From contig NC_092674.1 of the NCBI RefSeq assembly GCF_964355755.1, forward strand, positions 23,746,001 to 23,810,000: a DNA stretch of 64,000 nucleotides. The letters run 5' to 3'. Both the position numbers and the translations under genes were made by a program. The stretch is from Antedon mediterranea. Lineage: Eukaryota > Animalia > Echinodermata. The notes under the pieces are model-generated. The model ran no database searches, was not told the origin of the DNA, and saw only the letters and a program-made list of their open reading frames with translations. Positions 1-17,100 of this stretch are shown piece by piece (position 1 is the first letter of the stretch; each line of letters begins with the position of its first letter).

Positions 1-73
1 TTTCTTGTCCAATCATTTTACATGAATCTATGCAAATTGTAATAGTTTTATTAATATAGTACTTATATTTTAT

Positions 74-2622
<2,549 letters not shown>

Positions 2623-3624
2623 TATTTATTTTACTTACTACTACTTCAAACATTATCCTGTGAATACAAATGAAGAATATGGCCAAGACAGCTATAGGTT
2701 TCTACACAATGGAGTGACCAACTTCAGAACTAAATTTAATATAGTATGCCATGGTGTATAGTATGGCATTTCAGATGGACAAACTTGTCTTATTAAAGAG
2801 AATAAACATACAATACAAATTTGTTATACTATCAACTCTCCCCAAAAATGGGCTCATTCTCTTCAACTCTGTAAATTGTTTTCAGAAAAACAGACTACAA
2901 AGTCTGGCTGGGACTACAAGTCTGTCCGAAGGTTGATTGGTAGGGTTGAGTCTATTGTTGTTCTAGTTTACTTACTGCTAAATACATTTGTAGCTGAAAT
3001 ATTGTTTTTGTGCATAATAAAAGGATTGTAAAAAAAGTATACTAGTGTTTTAATTAATTGCATCTACGCTATATTTAATTTATGTTTAACCCCAAGATAG
3101 GCAGACACAATGCAAAAACTGTTGTCTACATAACCATCTCAGTTTTTTGAAAAATATTTTCAACTGATTTTTGTATAGACTATCTGTATATAATTTTTTA
3201 AGAGAAACGACTTTTCGACTTGTTTTCGACAAAAACAAAACGTCGCACATGCACGTATTCCTGAATGGTTTAATGTAAAGAAATATATACAGACACTCAG
3301 ATGTTTTGTGATAGGTAGATTTGATAACCTTTTATTTGGACAATACAATATTGTTCAGATATCGACTAAATTAAGATATTTAAATCAAAATCTTTCCATT
3401 TCGCGGTTACAACACCCTTAAAACTTTGGCGATCAAACCCTCTAGCAAAGTTTAAAAGATTTTTATGTCGACAGACTACACATTATTCAAGTGTTTTATT
3501 TATTTTGTTCAAATCGTTGCGCATTGACTGTATTAAAGGTTTCTTTGCCTTAAGCTCTGTCTACACTATCAAACTTTGTGACAACAAAAATGTGATGTGC
3601 TCATAATATATACAGTATGGATAT

Positions 3625-3939
3625 GATCACGTGTGGCGCAGTGTGTTGGACGTTGGACTACCGATCGTCAGACCTAGGTTCGAATCCAACTCTCGCCGCA
3701 TTGCTTGTATCCGTAGGCAAGATACTTTACTTACGTTGCCTCTCTCCACCCAGGTGTATAAATGGGTACCCAGTTAGATCTAGACACAACTTTGCGCTGG
3801 TTACCGGCTGCATTATGGGAGTATGTTTCCATACGTGTTTGATCCCAAAAAATACTGGGGTAATAATCCTTGTAAAGCGCCTTTGAGCATGATTACTCAT
3901 GAAAAGGGCGCTATATAAATGTGGTATTATTATTATTAT
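3625..3939 (+). mobile_element. tRNA-derived SINE with Deu/Nin-like core, nested in a family A MITE
   Basis: A-box TGGCGCAGTG, B-box GGTTCGAATCC, core CCACCCAGGTGTATAAATGGGTACC, LINE-like tail GCGCTATATAAAT...(TAT)n. MITE halves lie on either side (3553-3624, 3940-4023). Degenerate reverse copy at ~56760-57005. Confidence 0.85.
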
Positions 3940-4704
3940 CACTACCGTATTTGGGTATATCACTACCATATTTGGGCACATCACATTTTTTGGTCAAACT
4001 AGTTTGATAGTGTAGACAGACCATTAATCCTTATCAAAATATTTGTCTTTTTGTCAACTAAAAATAAGTAAATGTGAGCATGATCATTCAAAATATGTTC
4101 TATCAAACACAAAATGAAAATAACACAGAACCAACACAAATAATATAATCATTTTGAAATTTATTTAGTAGGCCTAATTCCTAGCAATGATAAAACATTA
4201 ATAAAGTAAAATTATCTATTCCTTGGGAAAGATTATTAAGGCAACAATTAATACATGGTGTACATATTATATTTCTCCCGCCAGAAATCATAAAATGATT
4301 TTATATAACTTTTTAATTAAAGGGGGAATAATTACAGTATATTCTATAATCACAAAGAAAAACGCAAAAAGGGAGCAAAAGAGTAAATGCATTTTAAAAT
4401 TCTACAAGAAGTTCCGCAAGAACGAACAGTGGAAGACAACACTCCAACTTCTAAAATTTGCTTAACATGTTACAATGCTACTGGTAAATCTGTACTTTTT
4501 ACATAAAATATACACACATTATCCGTAACCCAATGACAACTTTGAAAATAGTGGACATTTCACTACTATAAATGTAAAATTATTCTAGTTGCACCAACAA
4601 GAATTATTTAGGTTAATATAATAATTGTTTCGTATTTTCTCAAAACCAACCTCACACCCGTCCCCTTATTTAATACTCAATTTTGGGGGGTAGAAGCTTA
4701 GATC

Positions 4705-5072
4705 CAGAGGTCGTATTCACCATTCACATTTAGACTAAAGGACAATTTACACAGACAGTAAGTGGAAAACCGCGTAGCTTGTCCCACACAGAATCTCTTT
4801 TTATCCTGAGCGGGTTTCCTCTCAATCGCCTGTCTTTGAATTTGAATTTTTTTGTCCGCACTATGTTTTGTGTAAATGGTCATAAAAAATAACATAGATT
4901 CTATACTTTGTTTTACCGCTTACTGTTACTGCTTGTCTGTGTAAATTCACCTTAATGGAAATACTTGCACTTACAAAATTAAGTTAAGGGATCTTCTTAA
5001 ACATTTACTGAAGTCACCTACTAAGTATTTAAGGGAAATATCTCACTTGAGTGTGATTGGTGAACCAAGGGC
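4705..5072. mobile_element. Degenerate MITE related to 51662-51902, with a nested TTAA-type MITE (~4739-4952)
   Basis: Outer ends GTCGTATTCACCATTCACA / GTGTGATTGGTGAA. Inner inverted repeat AATTTACACAGACA / TGTCTGTGTAAATT followed by CCTTAA. Confidence 0.55.
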
Positions 5073-7440
5073 ATTTAGCGCACAACGATTACGAATTTGG
5101 TGGATCCCAAGCCAACATTTAAGTACCCAATTTGCATATTTGCCATAAACTGACAGCTATAAAAGAACAAGACCTTATAATATATCTGCATTTATGCGGA
5201 CATTCTACATTAGTTATTTCTAATAATATGTGGAAACCATGGAAACTATACACAAACATTTGTTTTTTTTTTCTCCTGAAAACATAATATTTGGAAATTT
5301 TAAACCCAAAACCATTATAGTTTGTAGAAATTGATGCCTCTATCAATTTTGCAATTTTTTTTTTTTTCCATTTTTACTTAGAGGAATTTTTCATTATATA
5401 ATTACAGTTTAACAAAAACCTCTAGTTTTTTATATTTTTTTCATTAATTTATACAAACATAAAATATTAAGTTTATTCGGTTTAATTCACCATTTCTTGG
5501 GTGAAGTTGTAACACATATTTCTATGTGGCGTTCCGTTTTTTTTTTCCAATTTTCAAAAATTATAATGAAAATTCTGATCATTATAGCATGTAACTTAAC
5601 ATACATCATTATCGACCTCAAATTTAAACTTCGACCTTGAATTTAAACTTCAACCTTGAATTTAACCTTTGAACTTAAGTCTAATTTAGTCTTAATAATA
5701 AAACAATCCTTTACTGTTACACTTTGTATGTAATTACTACATGATTAAGAAATAATAAAAATATACAAATCAAAAACACACAGGTAAACAAGACAACCAC
5801 ATTTTTTTCCATCAAAATTTTGATTGCAACAGAAAATAAAATTAACAGTAATTTCAGAATTTAAGTATTCAACAAGTAACCCTAAAGTTTAATTAAGAAA
5901 TCAGATTAATCGTTATCGTACAAACATGCTGAGTTAAGTTAATATAACCGGTTACATTTACTTACTGTATTTAAAATTTAAATTCACTTCACAGAAAACA
6001 AAGAGAAGGAGAAACAAAAAATATGACCAATAATATCAAATCTTCTAATTATCATAATATTGTATTTATATACACCAAAAATAAATCAGATATAAATATA
6101 TTGTTAGGCTAACGATGTTTTAAAATGAATAATACATAATTAATAACCATGCAATCATTTAGAATTGCAGCATCCAAGATAAACGATGATAGACTGTTCA
6201 CACCTAACGTAGTAGCTTAACTAAAATCCTTAACTTATATTAATGCAACAATTAACATTGTTTACTACCTCAAAGTATGTCCTGCCGTTTTTAGCTTTGC
6301 ATTTGTGCTTACAAACGTGCAACGACTCACCTCCAATTGGTTGTGCAATTATTTTTTTTTTCCGCAAAAAGTACAAAGAACTAGAATTTGTATCAGGAAG
6401 AGATTTTGAAAATGGAACTGTATGTGCGAGAATAATCTGGCACTTTCAAATACACAAATAAGTTCGCCTAGTGGAAAACAGGCTTTAGACTATATTTTGT
6501 ATTTTGTGCTTGCACATGACCCCATGGGGGCCAAATTAACATCAATGTCTATTTTATTTGAATTTATCAAGCTATATATGGGTACAGTACTGTTAGTTGG
6601 ATTGGGGAATGTACTGAACTGGTTTTCTAAGCTAAGAGCCTGTGTTTTTCTTGATATGCATTTTTAATCTATTATAGCATTTTACATTTGACTATATAAA
6701 AGGATTTACTGAGTTTTTAAATTAAAACACATGAAAAAAACTATTTTTTAATACTACAACAAAGTAGATTATGAAGGCATGAACATTTTCATTCATAATA
6801 ATTTTAAAATTAACCAATTTATAGGTGTACAGTTTTAAAGTATTTTAAAAATGTTACTTCTTACAATTTAACAATTAGATGGACTCTGGATGGTTTTATA
6901 AAGTTAATTTTTTTGGTAAAAACCAAATAAAAGTTCAGAATTTTACAATTTTCAAACAGAAATCACAAATTACAAAAACAGTCAAAACCGTTTTGGAAGT
7001 TTCATCATTGTAACACCAAGCCTACTGTGGAATTGTTGAGTGTACCTATTCTACATTGACTGCACCTTTAAATTGATATATTATTTTACACAATATTATT
7101 ATTATATTATTTAACACATTAATTAGCACAAGAGGTGAATACTGATAATCGCTTTTTGAATTATATGGAAATGATAATATTTTCCTGAAAGATTTTCGGA
7201 CTTAAAATAAATGCATACGGTCTCAATACAACACCTTTTTAAGATATCAAGGCATAACCTGCTGTTGTAAGAATGCTTTATATGCATCAGCGCACAAAGC
7301 ATTGTATGTAAATGAAGAATTGCTAGCAATTTACACCTCGTCTATCTCAAAGCATTACTAAAAGCAGATGATTAAAAACAAGTTGCATTTATCCGTCACG
7401 TACACATACATGCGATTAATGTTTTAATCTATCACAATTT

Positions 7441-7760
7441 GTCATCGGTTGAATTTTATGATTTGATGACAAAAGCATAGTCTAGTGGTAGTGATGCAAG
7501 CGCTATTTACTGTACCAATTGATTGATATTTCAAAAATTTATCACAGACCAAACCGCACCGCTATACAATCTGGACTTTTTACATCTCGACTCATCCAAG
7601 TCGTCATCGGTTGAATTTTATGATTTGATGACAAAAGCATAGTCTAGTGGTAGTGATGTAAGCGCTATTTACTGTACTAATTGATTGATTTTTCAAAAAT
7701 TAATCACAGACCAAACCGCACCGCTATACAATCTGGGCTTTTTACATCTCGACTCATCCA
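7441..7760. repeat. 162-bp tandem duplication in the probable LARP1 3' UTR
   Basis: 7441-7602 and 7603-~7760 both begin GTCATCGGTTGAATTTTATG and differ at about six positions. Confidence 0.93.
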
Positions 7761-8164
7761 GTTGGTACAACTTTGGCCATCACACCTGCCGCAATATATC
7801 CACATCCTTGGGACGTGATCAGATATATTCGTTTTATATCTTTTAACGAAGGCAATCGGTCATGGCTGATGAATATGACAAACACGCAAGAAAATTCCAT
7901 TATTGTTGGAAAAATGATCGAATAAATTTCATTTGTTGTATCATTATCAGAAGAACAACCACCAATCAAATCTCTCTCCACTTGCATCGCAATGTTGAAT
8001 TCCAATTTACAATCCCAGCAGAGGGGGTAAGTAAGCCATACTGATTAACTTTCAAACCACATCTGAGATGCTTTCAAGTGGAACGCCCTCAGTGTTTGGT
8101 AACAAGCAGAATATTGACCCTCAATTAATTGTTTTCAACACTCCTCATTGCTTTTATCTTCTCT

Positions 8165-11100
8165 TCATTGTTTCGACTCCCTCTTGTCGCTGCTTGTCTT
8201 TGTATCAGATCCTTTTGTGGCTTGGTTATTGTTCCCAGTTGCTTTTGATTTCTTCTCATCTTTCTTGTTTGGCTTGCTGGCTGGTTTGTCAGTGACACTT
8301 CCTCCCTCTGCTCCTTTTACTTCATCATCAACCTGTCAAAAAATTAATGCAGATTTGCTTTTAAACTCATAGTAGTGAATTATAAATAAAATGTATTACA
8401 AATGCCATAACATTGGCTCACTCGCTCCATGGTTCTGGCGGTAGAACGAGTAGAAAAGGCCTATAAACCGTAGGTCCTGTGCTCATGTGCAGAACCTAGT
8501 ACATCTGTCGAGACGAGTAGGGGCTTACCCTGGTGTACTCACAGCCACACATAGCCACTCATCATGAGTCATCATTAGGGAGCCGCACATCCTTCATGCG
8601 ACAGTGGGTTAGGGTCGTAGCCGGCATGAGAAATGAATAAAATGAAAATGAAATTAAATAAATTTAACAGTACAAAAGCAGTTTCTTATCTTAAAAGTAA
8701 GATCTTTACTTACATCAACTTTGAAATCTTCTAATTTTTTGTAGCTCTTCAATGCACCCTGTAACTTAGGATTAATCTGCAACTGTCGCTGGCGAGAGTA
8801 CTTCAGGTACGCCCAGAATTTTTCTAATCCATATAGTTGGCCTGAGGCAAAAATGAACAAAATGAAATTGAAAAAAAAAAGATTTACATTAGTATACAGT
8901 ACGACAGGAAAACATTATTAGGGGGACACCACTAATAAGGAATATACAGCCTTCTTTAATTACATTTCGTGTTTTTTTTTAATAATGTAAATTCAACATA
9001 CCTGCTTCGTAGTCTCTAAGCGTTTCCTCTTGAAAATCACTAAAGATTTCTTGCCTGAACTTAACCTCTAGGCCATAGCTGTAGTATCGGAACAAGCACT
9101 CTAGTCCATAGCGGTAGCCATGTCGACCATCTTCCACAGCCAAATTGCGGAACTCCTGGTACATTTTGCGGTTGAAGTTTTGTCGCAGGAAGAACGACCA
9201 GAATCTAAACAGCGTGTTCATCTCTTGCGATTTGCCGATACCAAGTTTCTTTCGATCTGTAATCAAAATAGAGAATTAATAGAATTGAATGAGGTAGAAT
9301 TTCTAAGGCCCAATAAAGTGACCCTTAATAGGGGTTTGGTCTTAGTGTTAAAAATATATTTCCTCACATTCATTTTATAAGGTGTTTGCAAAACAGGGTG
9401 TCCCAAAGGGTTAGGGTTAGTTTTACTCTGTCCAGGATTCTATTTAATTCTGGCATGGAGCGGTCTCTCTAGACATTGTTTGCACAGCTAGTACTCAATC
9501 ACGATTTAAATCTATAGAAGGTTTTTGATGCGGTTATCCCTTTGTTGCTCAAAAAAGCTATACTGCAATTAGGTACAGCGTCAGAGCCAATTTGTGAAAA
9601 ATTTCAAATTTCAATAATGTAAATCAAATTCATACTACAGTAACAATTACCTTTCAGGCATTTCTGATGAAACTTATGATATGCATGTTGTGTAAAATTG
9701 TTGTCTTTTAGTAATTCATGAGACGGATGCTCAAATTTGGGAATAGTCAGCGGCGTGCCATAGCTACTACTTATTGGAGCACCTTCTGATGGAGAGCTGT
9801 AAAAACGAAGATGTTACAAGTTTAGATTTAAAAAAAAAACAAGGAGAATGGTTGGTGTGTTAAAATGCTAAAATCAGAAACTCCAAAAAAATTAGACGTT
9901 TTCACTATTCACATTTAGGCGAAGGGAAACACTTAAAATTGTCCTATGACTACCATTTTAATATAAGTGAAATACTTAATATTAGAAATATACCACTTAA
10001 GCTTGCTAACATTTCCATATACTTGGGGCCCCGTTTCCACAGCCAAAACAAACATTATTATTACTATTAGGTAATTAATTAAAAAATAAAGTGTGCATGA
10101 TCAGTCATTACCAAACAACCAAATGGCCAATCACAATGCAGCAATTTGTCCTTCAGGTCAAAGGTTAAAAATTCAATCTCATTTATCCAATTTAAATGAG
10201 ATGATTATCAGTTAGTTTTTCTCAAGCGGAATCGGTTAAATCCTGTTGCCACAGCTAGTTTGTCGGTTCGATTTTGACTGTGGAAACACAGCCTTAGTGT
10301 AAGTAAAATATCTATTGTCTGATTTCTTATCTTATTTTTACAGTGTGAATATGCGTTTTATTTACATACCTAGTTGAGGTAGTACGTGGCCTATGTTCTC
10401 TTGTGTCTAACACCCAACCCACGTGACTTTCAATGGGTGGGTTGTCACTATGTTTGGTCTTGCGCTTTCGAGGAGTCTGAAATATAAACATTATATATTA
10501 ATATTACTGTAGGGCAATATCAATTGATACCTGAATAAATTCATTTCAAATTTCCATATTACTAATTCCCAGTACTATTCACAGCCAAGTGGACTAGGAG
10601 TTGTTCTCATTGGCAAGTCAACCTATGTATATCTAAATGATAACTGGTACATGTAAATACTTTTTACTGTGTATTATTTTACTGCATACTAAAGTCAACT
10701 TTTTCAATACTGGACAACTTTGTGTATATACTTGTATTCAAAACAATATACTGTAGTACGTTACAACCTTTCAATAAATACAGACTCTTAAAAATATTTT
10801 TAAAAACACCATATAAAATACATAAAAAGATGAAATAGAGGATTGGGCTGTTGCTAAAGCGGCTAGTTCTGGATGGTAATTGTGATATTTGGTTCCTATC
10901 TCCCATGACTCTCAAAAGAATGGACTTTGCTGGCCTAATATATCTTGTTTTCCAGAAATTCTGGTATTCAGAGTGTAGAAGCGTTTGGCAAGTCTGGTTT
11001 CGGTCAAGTTTCCGGTTCCTGGAAGAGTTCAGTATTAGCGATTTTGACAATACTCCGAGAGTCAAGTATTGGCGAAGTCGACCACAAGTTTGTCACACAC

Positions 11101-14100
11101 AATTACGTACCTTCTTATCTGGCGGTTTAGTCTCCTTCATGACTGGATAGAAGCGGTTTCCTTTACTCCTCGGCGTCTTTGGCGTTCGAGGTACAGTTGA
11201 AGATTCTGGTACAACCGCTGGTAACGAACGAGCAACATCCACTTTGGGAATTGCTCCACTAATTTCAACTGTGAATTAATTAACATAAACACAATTAAAA
11301 GTGATAAAATACAGTAAAAATTGTACCAAAATACTTGGTAATTGTAGACCATGGTAGTCAATGAATTCTACTGCAAATAAAATTGTATTGTAATACAACA
11401 TTGTCTATATAATGCATGCATTTATTCGAGCAAATAAATAAATGCCCAGGGCATTTAATCGAGGGGGTGTTCATTCAAAGCAGGGCATTTATTCAAATAA
11501 ATACAGTAGTGAATTTTAAATCATTTAAAACCATTGTCATGTCTGAATCTGCCGTAACTGAATCTTTAGCAAATAACATTTTTCTTTGCTTACTTGATTT
11601 CTTGGGTTCTGGGCTTTCTGCTTCTACTGGAGGTCCAGGAGGTACTTCCTGCTGCTCATGTGATTTAGTTGGTGTAATACTATTGAAATCTTCTTTACTT
11701 ATTGTCATAATTTTATTATATGATATATCAGCCTGCAAAAAAACACATATATATATATAGCTTATGATGCAAAAAATATGGACCAGTCAACTCGAGATAG
11801 TCACAAACTAGAGAAAATATTTGAATTTTCAATTATGTGATGTTGTTTTAACTACATACAATAAATAGAGAGGTTTCAATTTGTGATGACCTACGACCTA
11901 GGCACATTGTGTCGTAGGTCATTGCCTAGAATCTGCAATGTCATTGAGTGAGAAAACACATCCAAGGTAATTAACATGATGTAATTAAGTCATAGGTCAT
12001 CGGAAATCAAATGCTTCCTTAAAGTACCTATAAGCATTCAAGCCAGTATTAAAAATAATTATTATTAATAAATACATAAAAAAAAACTTACTTTTGAATA
12101 GTATGATGTGTCCGTATACGCATCCTCCCAGAGGTCACTTTCATAATAGTAGAGACCGTCATTTATGACTTTCGCCAACGACGCTGTGATCTTGGATCGT
12201 GGAACGTGATATCCTGTGCGATCACCACCAGGATGCTTTTTGTAGCACGGCGGTGTCTGTGTCACGATGATAATTTTATTGACTTCGTTGTCGGACATTT
12301 CATAATCTTCATCATCATCTGACCTATTAAAGTACAAAAAGCCAAAATGGTTAAAATGAAAAGAATTATTAATTAATTTGTGAAAACAAGAAATGGATAT
12401 GGACATCTTTAACAATGAAGATTGTCTGCTTCAATTGATATTGCAAGAAGTTATGGGTTATCTGAAACCATCCTGCACAAAGCACAAAAGTGTAAAAGAC
12501 ATCACAAAAATGTAGATGGTTGTTTCATCCCAAACACTGCCGAATGAAACCCAATTTAAAACAGTATTTCTTTGTACACAATTTTCTTTGTATAGTTCTA
12601 TATATTGCATATGCCTTGCTCTAAAGCCTCATCTAGTGTAGACAAAAAAAGAAAAAAAAGTTTGACAAAAAAAGTGTGCCCAAATATGGTAGTGATATGA
12701 GATCATCATGCACATCACATTTTTTTGTCACATAGAAAAAAGGTATAGAATAATAAATGTAATAATCAATGACAGTTTACCATTCAGAAAATTGATTTTT
12801 CCTGCCAGTAATGTCTGTTAGTTCTTCATCGAAAAGAAATTCCAACTCTTCTTGATCCCCTGTGTCAGCTTGGTTAACATTTTTCTAGGAAAAAAAGTAC
12901 AAACTGCCTAGTCAAGAAACCACTACATAATTGGATTATTTTTAGAAGGTTAATAATATCATAAGATACTGATTTCATGGTTAATGGAGTCAGTAGAGTT
13001 GTGGCTTGGTGGTTATGATGTTTGGCTACCAATACAAGGGTCCTGGGTTCAAGTCCTGTCATATGTCAGGATTTGTTCTAACGACAAATTACAACTTCAC
13101 TCCCAAAGACAGATAAGACTTTGTTTAATTTGTGAAATTCTCCACACTGGCCTGACAGTGCATTTATTTTTTATTTTTGTTGATAGGTGTTGAAGAACAA
13201 CATATGATTCAGGTGGAATGTCATCCTGAGATGAGTAGTGGTAATTAGTCTTGTTTATTTTATGTCATTTATATGTAAATTTGTTACTTTCTATGGACCA
13301 GTGTTTCCGAAATAAAAGATTGAATGAATGAATGAATTATCCAAACCCCTATTATAGAGACAATTATTTATGTATTAACACTACTGCCAACCCCTATTCA
13401 GAGAACACTCTATTAAAGGATGTGTTTGTTTCAAAGGTGTCCACTTAACAGAGGTTTTCTTGTAGTGAAAATATTTTACTCTGGTTTCAATTAGTATATT
13501 GATATGTTGTTTACTGTAGTTTACAAAGACAACATCTGTCTATTAATACCTTTGGTTTATTGATGCTTGTCGTCCGCTGCCTCCGCCGGACTTCAGTCCA
13601 TGTTGATGGTTCTTTTTCAGGTGCACTGGTTGATAGTCCAGACGTCATTGTTGTATGGTTCGATTCTGGTTCTTCTTGATCTTTTGACTCTACCACTTCT
13701 GCAGTTTGTTCAGGATGGGTTGGCGATACTGGCGCAGATTCTGAAATGAAGGAAGAAATTATTTAGAACAAAATAATCAAGCCATTTCACATCCCAGTAT
13801 TAAGCCCGTCTACACTATCAAGCTTGTAATGGTGATGTCATATCATTACCATATTTGGGCATATCACTACCATATTTGGGCACCTCGCAATAATTCTGTC
13901 AAACTAGTTTGATAGTGTATACAGAACTATACGTTAGAAATAATGTACCTATTTGAAATTCACAATTATTAAAAATAAAAAACCATTTCAGATTTCAGTA
14001 TTAGGTTTATTTTCTAAAATTAATCTACTGCAGTTGCTGCAGTAACTACATTTGTTTACTCTTTAACATGTTGATACAATTATATTGGAGTCCTTTTTTG

Positions 14101-17100
14101 TAATCATACGCATCTTTATTGAATTGGTGATCTTATAAACTTCTACATTGAAACAAACAAATCAGAGCTCTGTCTACACTATCAAACTAGTTTGACAAAA
14201 CAAGTGTGATGTGCCAAAATATGGATGTGATATGCTCAAAGATGGTAGTGATATGACATCATCATGTCCATATATGGGAACATCACATAAAGTTTGATAG
14301 TGTAAACAGGGCTTTGTGCATTTCAAATTGAAGAATCCAAGACAAACCTGTATCATGTGGAACATAAGGATATGGTTTTCCAGGCACAAATTCAGGGCTA
14401 TCATAGTGTAGGTCTGATGATATGGCTGGCAGGGGTGTTCCCTGTAGTATCCACTGTAGAGGATTATCCCTTCTTCTTAGCTTTGTCTGATCCGCAGATA
14501 ACTCCACCTGTGTACTATCTTGCAATGCCTGAAATACAAAAAATTTAAATTTTAAATACAATATGTTGTATAGTAATATTTGATGTAATTAATCAACCGA
14601 TTTTATCTTGAATGTTAACAGCTAGGCTATGTCAGATTTTAGCGGCAGGAGAAGAGATAGAACAGCTATTATACAGCACACTTTACAGTGTGTGTTCCCT
14701 GTCATGCAATATTTAGGCCTACCACATTCCAACCATTTCAATTAATGCATGACACATGATTAAAAATCAACCAATCAAATGGCAAGGATTCACTTATCGC
14801 AATAAAGTTCCCCAAATCAATCAGGATTATGAAATAGGCTTTGACTTAAGTATGAATAACTGTTCACTATGTTAAAGGTATAAATAACCACAACAATTTC
14901 AATAGCCATCCAAAGTATGAATAGCCATCTAAAGTATGAATAGACATCTACTGTATAACCAGTATATATAAGCATAAAGTTCGTATAAGCAGTATAAATC
15001 CATCCACTTCAGTGTACATAGTAGTAGCTACATATTTTTACACTTTTTTTGGTAGTAAAACAGCAAGTATTCATTCTCTAACTCAGAAAAGATTTATTCA
15101 GAAATTGATTTTACTTACGCGTACAATCAGTGCAGTGTTATTTGTTAAACTTTGAACTCGTTGAAAACTTGCTATGAGACTTAGTGGTAAAAATCCTTCT
15201 GAATCCATCTGCACAAAAAAAGAATACATTGGATATGTTAATGTCAAACAGGGTAATAATCATTGAACCAACAGAGTATGACTTAAAGGAATAAAATATT
15301 TGATAATATACTCTGATTAGGATCAACTTTTTTATACTTTTCTAAGGCAATACAAATATTATTAACACAACATCTTACCTTTCTTCTAATGAAAAGATCT
15401 TTAACAAGATTCTCAACACTAAAGTAGTATTCTCTGAAGAAAATAAAAACACATCGTGAAAGTACTTAAATAAATGCTAAAATATAATTTTTTTTAAGAT
15501 AGAGCAAAACACAAATTTTGAATAGTAAAGAATGTAATGTATACCACTCTGACCTAATCCACTAGTCTCGCTAGTACAGCCTCAGTTTACCCTTGTCTAA
15601 CAACACGATAAAAACTTCAAAAACTACTAATGTATCGGTCACATCACATTTCTGACATACACAGCCCCTCATGATATTCAAATAATGCGCTTTGGAATTT
15701 CAACTTATTTTACCACCTTGACTAACTATTCAAAATCATTTTTGTTAGAATTTTAATATAACTGAGTTGCGCTATTAGAGCATGGAATTAGTCATTATGC
15801 AGTCATTCAACAAACAGTGACCCAACAGTCTCATAGGCAAGTGGCTGGTAACAATTTTGTTTTCAGTCTAAAACTTACATTTGATTTTTGACATAGTCCA
15901 ATACAGTTTTCTCGTCTGTAGTTGGTGCTAGGTTTGTTGCATAAGGCTGGTAATAAAAGGTATTAAACGGCGGTGGTGGTGGTGCTGCGGCGGCATACAG
16001 AGGATGACTGACTGCTTCATTTGTGGCGGCTGTGTAATTGGTAGCAAAATCTTCTCCATCCAGGTATTGCGGTTTGTAATAGGTCTTGTTATACTGAACA
16101 GATTCAGATTCTATAAGACAATAAAACAGAATGGTTAAATCCTTTGCTTATCCAGTAGAATCGGTCCTTTTGGGCAATGGACAATTATATTCAGGAACAC
16201 GTCTATTAAAGGGGCACTTGTATTCAGGGACACGCCTATTAAAGGATTATTATATTCAGGGGAAACCTCTATTAAAGGGGCACCACTTTCTTGAAAAACT
16301 ATATGTTTCTAAAAAGAGTTATATGAGTTCAAGGTGAACACTAGGGCCAACCATTATACAGGGACACCACTATTAGGAGAGACTTTTTCCCAAAGGTGTC
16401 CCTAAAGCGTGGTTCCCACTTGCGACGCAAGGACGTAACGCAACGCAAGTGAATTGACCAATCACAAGCGATGGCTTATTTGCTTGTGATTGCTAACTGT
16501 CTATAACGTCGCTTGTCATTCGTTAAAACGCTCGCGTTGCGTTTACGTCCTTGCGTTACGTTCTAGTGGGAACCAAGCTTTAACATGTGTCCAAATATGG
16601 TATTGATATGCCCAAATATGGTAGTGATACAACATCATCATGTTCATATATAGGCACATCACATTTTGATAGTGTAGACAAGGCTTAAGGCTAAAGTTGA
16701 AATTTCTGAATTAGGTTACAATAACATTAACTGCCTCACCTTGCCAACTGTCGCTCCTTGTGGATCCTCCCCGGCCACCTCTACCTCGTCCACGACCTCT
16801 TCCCCTACCTCTTCCCCTCCCTCTGGGGTAGTAGGATCGTCCATCATTACTGCCACCACTTGGGCTTCGTATTCTATCAGATCTATTTGAGCCTATTAAA
16901 TTATCAATAAAAAAGTTCATATAATTGTTACAATTATCGCTCACAATAAACTTAATTTAGTTTTTAATACCGATATCAATGCCCTACTGTTACTATTCAA
17001 TTTTAATCATGTCTTCATCATTCAGTTTAATGAACATACTCAATGAATTCAAATCGTAATTTTAAATAATAATTTAATATGGTCATTCATGTACAAATAA

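Noticed and set aside
3625-3700. Possible tRNA gene (A/B boxes); likewise at 46940 and 58715
   Set aside because: No clean cloverleaf or terminator, and each continues into a SINE core and tail.
5614-5680. 19-bp x3 tandem (also at ~14900-14950)
   Set aside because: Ordinary short slippage repeats with no further structure.
7441-7602. Tandem C/D snoRNA pair (TGATGA present)
   Set aside because: No matching terminal CTGA box or stem; UTR rather than intronic location.
9408-9420. GGGTTAGGGTTAG telomere-like sequence
   Set aside because: Only two units; too short for an interstitial telomere or telomerase-RNA claim.
10679-11150. ORFs of 128, 99 and 61 aa
   Set aside because: Lie mostly in a LARP1 intron over a degenerate MITE. 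The LARP1 frame closes without them.
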